From an archaeon (GTDB taxonomy: Archaea; Undinarchaeota; Undinarchaeia; Undinarchaeales; JBDRKL01), in assembly GCA_043814055.1 (NCBI GenBank), contig JBDRKL010000007.1, positions 32,001 to 96,000 of the forward strand: a stretch of 64,000 nt of DNA, read 5' to 3'. This document shows positions 57,802 through 64,000 of this stretch, in pieces. The notes below the pieces were generated by a model. That model was not told the DNA's origin. It did not search any database and saw only the letters and a list, made by a program, of their open reading frames with translations. A program made the translations under genes and the position numbers. Each line of letters opens with the position of its first letter. Within the stretch, counting starts at the first letter, position 1.

Positions 57802-58522
57802 ACAAAAAAAAGATGTGTTAAAACTGGCCAAGTCAGTTTTTATATTTCAGGACGTGTTGTCGTGGCTAGACACGAAAGTGCCAGTTGTGCTTGAACACAA
57901 CCTGCAAAAGTATTCAGCGATAAAAAAGACATTTTACATGACCGCACTTGAGGAATTGGACGGTGATTATTATGAATTCGGTGTGTTTACAGGTAGCTCG
58001 TTTGTGTGCGCAATGAGGGCGCACAGAAAACTGAAGAATTTAGGAGAGATAAAAACAAAATTCTTTGGCTTTGACTCGTTCACCGGCTTTGGAGATATTG
58101 CAAAAGAGGATGAACACGGATTTTATCAGAGCAATATATTTACAATAAATGAAAAAAAAGTGTTAAGGTATATCAGAAAACGGGCAAAGGGACTGAAGTA
58201 CAGTATAATCAAAGGGTATTTTGAAGATACCTTGAAGGGAAAAACCTGTGTAGCACTTAGCAAAGATAAGGCGCGAATTGTGTTTATTGACTGTGATTTG
58301 AAAAAGCCAACTGAGCTCGCGCTCAACTATGTAAAGCCTGCTTTGCAACAAGGAACTATGGTAATTATGGATGATTTCTACTCATATAAAGGAAGTTCGA
58401 AGAAAGGCGTTGCAGGGGCTTTCTTTGAGTTCTGTGACAGAAACACGAAGATAAAGTTCAGGCGAGTGTTTGACTATGGAATGGGGGGAGTTGGCTACGT
58501 AGTTTCTGAGATTAAAAAATGA
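57794..58522 (+). CDS. TylF/MycF-like O-methyltransferase
   Basis: GDYYEFGVFTG, GFDSF.G, KGYFEDT, FIDCD, MDDF. Confidence 0.85.
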   Translation: MAKQKKDVLKLAKSVFIFQDVLSWLDTKVPVVLEHNLQKYSAIKKTFYMTALEELDGDYYEFGVFTGSSFVCAMRAHRKLKNLGEIKTKFFGFDSFTGFGDIAKEDEHGFYQSNIFTINEKKVLRYIRKRAKGLKYSIIKGYFEDTLKGKTCVALSKDKARIVFIDCDLKKPTELALNYVKPALQQGTMVIMDDFYSYKGSSKKGVAGAFFEFCDRNTKIKFRRVFDYGMGGVGYVVSEIKK

Positions 58523-59229
58523 AACCAAAACTTTCAATCGTCGTGCCATGCTACGATGAAGAAAAGAACATACCGCTCATTTTGGATAGATTCAAGAGTG
58601 TCATAAAGACAAAGGATGTTGAACTTATTTTGGTTGACAATGGTTCGAATGATAATACTCCACAGGTCTTGAAAAAGCTTCTGCCAAAGTATAAATTCGC
58701 GCGGTCTGTTAGGGTTAAGAAAAATATTGGATATGGCTGGGGTATATTTTCAGGATTGAAATCTGCAAAGGGTGAGTTCCTTGCGTGGACTCATGCAGAT
58801 ATGCAGACAGATCCAAAAGATGTTATTACTGCATTCACATTCATCAAGAAGCAGGAGAACCCTGAAATGACTTATGTCAAGGGTAGAAGAAGAGAACGTC
58901 CGCTGTTTGATGGGGCGTTTACCTTGGGAATGAGCATAGCAACAACTTTGCTCCTTGGAAAGTTTATGAGCGATATAAATGCTCAGCCAAATGTATTCCA
59001 CAGAGAATTCTTTAATCTGCTTAGAAAAAAGCCTCCAACGGATTTCTCATTTGATACTTATGCGTATTATCTTGCAAAGAAGAATGGGTATAAAGTTGTG
59101 AAAATTCCAGTTTATTTCAAAAAAAGAATTCATGGAGAGTCACACTGGAATGTGAGCTTCGGCGCGAAGTGGAAGTTCATCAAGCGCACAGGGAAATTCA
59201 TAATGATGCTTAGGAGAGAATACAAATGA
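58519..59229 (+). CDS. DPM/GtrB-like GT2
   Basis: VPCYDEE, DNGSND, GYG.G, THADMQTDP, R.HGESHW. Confidence 0.88.
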   Translation: MKPKLSIVVPCYDEEKNIPLILDRFKSVIKTKDVELILVDNGSNDNTPQVLKKLLPKYKFARSVRVKKNIGYGWGIFSGLKSAKGEFLAWTHADMQTDPKDVITAFTFIKKQENPEMTYVKGRRRERPLFDGAFTLGMSIATTLLLGKFMSDINAQPNVFHREFFNLLRKKPPTDFSFDTYAYYLAKKNGYKVVKIPVYFKKRIHGESHWNVSFGAKWKFIKRTGKFIMMLRREYK

Positions 59230-59807
59230 TGCTCATAATGCACCGCGTGAACACAATTGAAGGGCTTAAGAACGTTTCGGCCGAGTACGGGGTTGAAGTG
59301 GATGTAAGAACTGATGGGAACAAGCTGATTTTAAACCACGAGCCAATGGAAGGCGGTGACGAGCTTGAGGAATACTTGAAAGAGTACAAACACAAATTCA
59401 TAATATTCAATATAAAAGAAGCTGGGATTGAGGATAAGGTTAGGGCGCTTGCTGAAAAATATAAGGTAAAAGATTACTTTCTGCTTGATGTGGAATTCCC
59501 ATATATCTACAAGGCGGCGCGGAGTGGTGTGAAAAACATTGCAATACGATTCTCAGAGGATGAGCCTATTGAGGCTGCGCTCGAGTACAGGGGGAAAGTT
59601 GATTGGGTGTGGATTGATACTAACACTAAATTGCCGCTTGATGCTGATGTTGTTGAAAAGCTTAAAGGGTTTAAAACATGCCTTGTTTGCCCGAGCAGGT
59701 GGGGAAGGCCAGAAGATATAAAGGAGTATAAAGAGAAAATAAGCGAGCTTGGGATTAAACTTGATGCTGTTATGACTGAAGAAAAATATGTAGGAGATTG
59801 GAAATGA
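59226..59807 (+). CDS. PI-PLC/glycerophosphodiester phosphodiesterase-like protein
   Basis: HRVNT, GVEVDVR, NHEP, NIKEAG, RFSEDE, WVWID. Confidence 0.7.
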   Translation: MMLIMHRVNTIEGLKNVSAEYGVEVDVRTDGNKLILNHEPMEGGDELEEYLKEYKHKFIIFNIKEAGIEDKVRALAEKYKVKDYFLLDVEFPYIYKAARSGVKNIAIRFSEDEPIEAALEYRGKVDWVWIDTNTKLPLDADVVEKLKGFKTCLVCPSRWGRPEDIKEYKEKISELGIKLDAVMTEEKYVGDWK

Positions 59808-60457
59808 AGATAAAAGCAGTTTTAATGGATTTGGATCATACCCTTTATGATTATCACGCATGCAATGACGCCGGGATGGATGCGGTTTTTGGATTTATAG
59901 AGAAGGAATACAGCAAAAAGCGCGATGATGTTGAGAAGATTTTCTACGCAGCGCGGAAAAAGGTCAAGATGGATTTATTGGGGGCAGGGGCTTCGCACTC
60001 GCGGCTCTTGTATTTCCAAAAAATGCTTGAGGAGATTGAAGGGACTACAAATCCAAAAACAATACTTGAGGTTTATAACTTGTTCTGGGACACTTATTTT
60101 GAAAAAATGAAGGTTCCGGATGGTATCAGGAAACTGCTTGAGCACATCAAGACAAAAAAGGTCAAGATTGTGCTGGTCACTGATTTGACTGCGAGGGTTC
60201 AGATGCAGAAGCTTGAGAAAATGGACCTTGGCAACTTGATTGACTTTGTGGTAACTTCAGAGGAAGCAGGAAGGGAGAAGCCAGCCCCGTATATTTATTA
60301 TCTCGCGCTTGAAAAGGCAAAGTGTGATATTGACGAAGCCATCTTCATAGGGGACGACTATGACAAGGACATTGCAGGCGCAGAGAATCTTGGGATTAAA
60401 AATTTTAACTTGAGCCACAACTCGGACTGGAAAGAGATTTGGGCTCTGTTTGAATGA
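59798..60457 (+). CDS. HAD-superfamily hydrolase
   Basis: DLDHTLYDY, VTD, EKP, IGDD..KD. Confidence 0.9.
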   Translation: MEMKIKAVLMDLDHTLYDYHACNDAGMDAVFGFIEKEYSKKRDDVEKIFYAARKKVKMDLLGAGASHSRLLYFQKMLEEIEGTTNPKTILEVYNLFWDTYFEKMKVPDGIRKLLEHIKTKKVKIVLVTDLTARVQMQKLEKMDLGNLIDFVVTSEEAGREKPAPYIYYLALEKAKCDIDEAIFIGDDYDKDIAGAENLGIKNFNLSHNSDWKEIWALFE

Positions 60458-60512
60458 TACTGGAGCACTAATTCACCACATATTTAAATGGAAAAATGTT
60501 CCAATCGCTAAA

Positions 60513-61595
60513 ATGATAAAAGTAGATTTGATAAACGGCATAAAAACCGAGAACCCCTATGGGTTTAAAGTGTATGTTGATGAAATAAACCAGCTGCTAA
60601 AGGAGGAGGTTGAGATAAACGAGATACTTTATACTCCGAGCAAGAGCCAGATTGTCCACTTTTTCCAGAGGTTTGTGGAGTATCCGCTTAGGATAATGGC
60701 GGGAAAGCAAAGAGGTGCAATAAAGCACATAACCACACCGGATCTCGCATATCTTTTAAACATGTTCAGGTTTAGAAACTGCCTGATAAATGTCTACGAC
60801 GTCACGTTTCTGGAGAGGATAAAAGACTACAATATAGTGGTTAGGTTCCTGCTGAGGCTCAATGTTATGGGCATAAAGAAGGCAAAACATATTGTAACGC
60901 TTAGTGAGTACTCGAAAAGAGATATACACGAAAAAATTGGAGTGCCTCTGAATGACATAACCATTATAGTGCCATCTCTGAATCACAAAGTGCATAAAAA
61001 AAATAGGAGCAAGGAGATACTGAAAAAGTATGGAGTAGAGAAAAAAACTGTTGTTATGTACGTTGGGTCAGAAGAGCTCAGGCAGAACATGGACAAGACA
61101 CTTAGAATGCTCAAGGAAATAAAAAAGGATGTCAAGGATGTGGTTCTTGTAAAAGTTGGAAACCCCCAGTGGAGCGGGGGCAGGGAGAATACCTTGAGAA
61201 TTATCAAAGAACTCGGGCTTGAGAAGGATGTGATTATTGTTCCGATTGAAGATTCGCAAAGTGCAGAAAGCCTGAGTAAGTTTTACAACGCAGCGGATGT
61301 GCTTGTGTATCCATGTGCGTACACTGGATGGGGGCTCCCCCCTCTCGAGGCAATGGCGTGTGGAACGCCTGTTGTTACTTCTAATACAACCTCGCTGCCA
61401 GAGGTTGTTGGAGATGCAGGGATTATGATAAAGCCAGATGACATCAAAGCGTATGCGTCAGCAGTAATCAAAGTACTTAAGGACAAAAAAACTAGGGAAA
61501 AAATGATAAAAAAAGGATTGGCAAGGGCGAAAAAGTTTACATGGGATGCATCAAGTAAAAAAATGCTTGCTGTATACAAGAGATTGGATAGCTGA
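60513..61595 (+). CDS. GT4 glycosyltransferase
   Basis: [28 protein letters not shown]; start placed at ATG 60513, 29 nt after a TTTAAA box. Confidence 0.88.
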   Translation: MIKVDLINGIKTENPYGFKVYVDEINQLLKEEVEINEILYTPSKSQIVHFFQRFVEYPLRIMAGKQRGAIKHITTPDLAYLLNMFRFRNCLINVYDVTFLERIKDYNIVVRFLLRLNVMGIKKAKHIVTLSEYSKRDIHEKIGVPLNDITIIVPSLNHKVHKKNRSKEILKKYGVEKKTVVMYVGSEELRQNMDKTLRMLKEIKKDVKDVVLVKVGNPQWSGGRENTLRIIKELGLEKDVIIVPIEDSQSAESLSKFYNAADVLVYPCAYTGWGLPPLEAMACGTPVVTSNTTSLPEVVGDAGIMIKPDDIKAYASAVIKVLKDKKTREKMIKKGLARAKKFTWDASSKKMLAVYKRLDS

Positions 61596-61677
61596 TACAG
61601 ACTTCCATTTGTATGTGGTTACAATGGTCAATGAGAAAATTAATAAAAATAGGATAATTACGAAATAAGTTAATGAG

Positions 61678-62526
61678 ATGGCGAAACTAAAAGTAAAAGA
61701 GATAAAGTGTGAAATTTGCGGCTCTAGTGAACACACTTTGTACAGGAAAAATTCTAATTTGGACATCGTGAAGTGCAAAAGCTGTGGTCTTATATATGTA
61801 AACCCACAGCCAACTCTGGAATACTTGAAGGATTTTTACAATGAGGGGGAATATCGGCAGGAGCGATGGGATTATGTTCCGCCTTACATTGGACTTGTCA
61901 AAGAAGGGTATAAGAAAGTTACCAAGTTTTTGAATGAAAACATAAAGGCAAAGAAGCCAAAGCTTCTTGACATAGGAAGCGGGTTTACACATGAATATAA
62001 TGTTTTAGAGACGCAGGGCTGGTCCGTCTTGGGCACAGAGCTTTCAAAAACATTCGTCAACGCGGCAAAGAAGAAGGGCTTAAACGTTGTGTATGGCGAC
62101 ATGCTGAAAATGAAATTGAAGGCTAGGGACTTCAGTGCGATAATAATGATGGCTGTTTTTGAGCATTTGACAAATCCACGCGAGTACCTGAACGAGTGCA
62201 AGAGGATTTTGAAAGATGATGGTATTATTGTGATAAAGATACCAAACCTTAATTACACGCTTATGAATTCAACAAAGCTTTCGCTGGCCGAGCAGATGCA
62301 CCTATTCCATTTCACTCCGAAGACCATCAAAATGCTCTTAGAGGATTGTGGTTTTGAGGTTATAAAGAATGAACCAGTGCTTGAATGTGGTTCTGAGCAC
62401 AAAGCAAAACATTTTGCCATGGTCGCTTGGGATAAGGCGTCCTGGGCAATATACAAAATGACTGGGATTCACACTAATCTACAGATGACTGTTTACGCGA
62501 GGAAAAATAAAGAATTTAACAGTTAG
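61678..62526 (+). CDS. class I SAM methyltransferase with N-terminal Zn ribbon
   Basis: CEICG..CKSCG, LLDIGSG, VFEHL, PN, HLFHF. Confidence 0.88.
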   Translation: MAKLKVKEIKCEICGSSEHTLYRKNSNLDIVKCKSCGLIYVNPQPTLEYLKDFYNEGEYRQERWDYVPPYIGLVKEGYKKVTKFLNENIKAKKPKLLDIGSGFTHEYNVLETQGWSVLGTELSKTFVNAAKKKGLNVVYGDMLKMKLKARDFSAIIMMAVFEHLTNPREYLNECKRILKDDGIIVIKIPNLNYTLMNSTKLSLAEQMHLFHFTPKTIKMLLEDCGFEVIKNEPVLECGSEHKAKHFAMVAWDKASWAIYKMTGIHTNLQMTVYARKNKEFNS

Positions 62527-62603
62527 GACGGTAATGCAGATATCGGTTTCGGCAATTAATTATTCATAAATTATATAAATGCTATTTTTAAGTACTTGAG
62601 CTA

Positions 62604-63413
62604 ATGATAAGTGCAACTACTGTGTTATGCATATCTATAGCGGAGAAACCCGGGACTTTTGGCTCTCTATTCCACAACAGGGCCTACGAAATGCTCGGAT
62701 TGGACCAGGTTTATATCCCAAGGAAGGTTGAGGCAAAGAAGCTTGAATCAACCATTGCTTCAGTTAGGGCTTTGGGAATAAAGGGGTGCAGCGTCTCCAT
62801 GCCACACAAGGTTGAAGTTATGCAATACCTGGACAGTTTTGATAGTTCTGCATCAAACGTGGGTGCTGTGAACACAATCGTGAGACAGGGTGATGGGACG
62901 CTTAAGGGTTATAATACGGATTACTACGGAGCGAAAAAAGCGCTTGAAGAAAATGCAGATGTTGCGGGGAAAGATGTTCTTATGATAGGCGCTGGCGGAG
63001 CTGCGAATGCAATTGGTCAGGCAGTAAAGGACCTTGGAGGCAATTTGAGCATTGCGAACAGGACTGAGGAGAAGGCAAAGGAGCTGGCGGATAAGCTGGG
63101 TGCAAAAACAATTGCCTGGGGTGACTTGACGAGTTCAAAAGGATACCTTTTGATAAATGCAACTTCAATTGGTATGAAGGATTCAGATACAATGGTCGTT
63201 TCCAAGGAAACGCTTAGTAATTTTGAAGTTGTAATGGACGTAGTTATATCACCACCTAAACCGAAGCTGATTCAAGAGAGTGAGGCTCTTGGAAAGAAGA
63301 CTATCCCTGGTACATATATGTGCACTTATCAAGCTGCTGAGCAAGTAAAACTTTACACCGGGCAGGATGCTCCTGAGGAATTGATAAAAAAGACATTGGA
63401 GGAATTTGCATGA
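62604..63413 (+). CDS. shikimate dehydrogenase family, SdhL-like
   Basis: SVSMPHK, AVNTI, NTDY, GAGGAA, NRT, NATSIG; N-terminus LCISIA..PG.FG..FHN recalls the SdhL subfamily. Confidence 0.85.
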   Translation: MISATTVLCISIAEKPGTFGSLFHNRAYEMLGLDQVYIPRKVEAKKLESTIASVRALGIKGCSVSMPHKVEVMQYLDSFDSSASNVGAVNTIVRQGDGTLKGYNTDYYGAKKALEENADVAGKDVLMIGAGGAANAIGQAVKDLGGNLSIANRTEEKAKELADKLGAKTIAWGDLTSSKGYLLINATSIGMKDSDTMVVSKETLSNFEVVMDVVISPPKPKLIQESEALGKKTIPGTYMCTYQAAEQVKLYTGQDAPEELIKKTLEEFA

Positions 63414-63877
63414 CCAAAAAATACAATTTTGTTCTTGATGTTGACGGGGTTTTGACAACCGGGCAGTTTTTGTACTCACCCAATGGGAAGGAGTACAAAG
63501 TTTTCGGCCCACACGACGCGGATGGGCTTGAGCTGATAAAAGATGAGGTTGAGATATTGTTCATAAGCGCGGACAAGCGCGGCTACCCGATTTCTGAGAA
63601 AAGGGTGAAGGATATGGGATACCCTATAGAGCTTGTCACTGCTGCAGAGCGTTATGAGTATATTGAGAAGAAATATGGATTTGAGAACACAATTTTCATG
63701 GGCGATGGCATAAATGACGTTTCGCTCTTGAAAGCGTGCAAGCTTGGAATTGCTCCTGCAAATGCAAGGGTTGAAGCAAAAGAAGCGGCAGACTTTGTTA
63801 CAGAGTCAAATGCGGCAGAGGGTGCGGTTTGCGACGCGTGCATTGAAATAAAGAAGAGATTTTTGGAGGAAAAATGA
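63410..63877 (+). CDS. KdsC-like HAD phosphatase
   Basis: LDVDGVLT.G, K.F...D..G, MGDG.ND, GAV. Confidence 0.85.
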   Translation: MTKKYNFVLDVDGVLTTGQFLYSPNGKEYKVFGPHDADGLELIKDEVEILFISADKRGYPISEKRVKDMGYPIELVTAAERYEYIEKKYGFENTIFMGDGINDVSLLKACKLGIAPANARVEAKEAADFVTESNAAEGAVCDACIEIKKRFLEEK

Positions 63878-64000
63878 GTGATTACAAGGTTTGTATTCTG
63901 GCTGCAGGTGTAGGAAGCAGGATTGGAGCAATGTCAAATCATATTAACAAGGCTATTCTGCCTGTCAATTTTAAGGCAGCAATCTCATACATAATTGAGA
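63874..64000 (+). CDS. nucleotidyltransferase family protein, 5' partial
   Basis: MSDYKVCILAAGVGSRIG...NKAILPV; runs off the window. Confidence 0.8.
   Translation, partial: MSDYKVCILAAGVGSRIGAMSNHINKAILPVNFKAAISYIIE

Overview
Archaeal chromosomal segment, most consistent with a DPANN-type lineage: Dph5, Alba, AglB, AMP phosphorylase, class III signal peptides, and TATA boxes about 30 nt before operon-first ATGs. Exact taxon cannot be assigned from sequence alone. Layout: (1) 1-4.6 kb holds housekeeping genes, a Cys-rich surface protein and an MNT-HEPN module bracketed by duplicated gene ends. (2) 4.7-10 kb holds uncharacterised membrane and coiled-coil genes. (3) 10.1-27.7 kb is a large type IV pilus locus: ATPase, TadC-like platform, 15 class III signal-peptide proteins and two Yip1/adhesin pairs, with alba, dcd and AMP phosphorylase embedded. 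(4) 28-64 kb is a surface-glycosylation region around aglB, including a GDP-heptose pathway and a GtrA/GT-C/kinase fusion. Most unusual signals: (a) hairpin cassettes at stop/start overlaps, flanked by short direct repeats of the start codon, that are themselves mini-ORFs bridging one gene to the next; (b) orphan, synonymously diverged copies of gene 3' ends separated from the live end by hairpins; (c) a shuffled 10-Cys module on pilins with a defensin-like CxxxC...CxC ending. No rRNA, tRNA, CRISPR array, integrase or transposase was recognised. All calls were made by eye without database searches.
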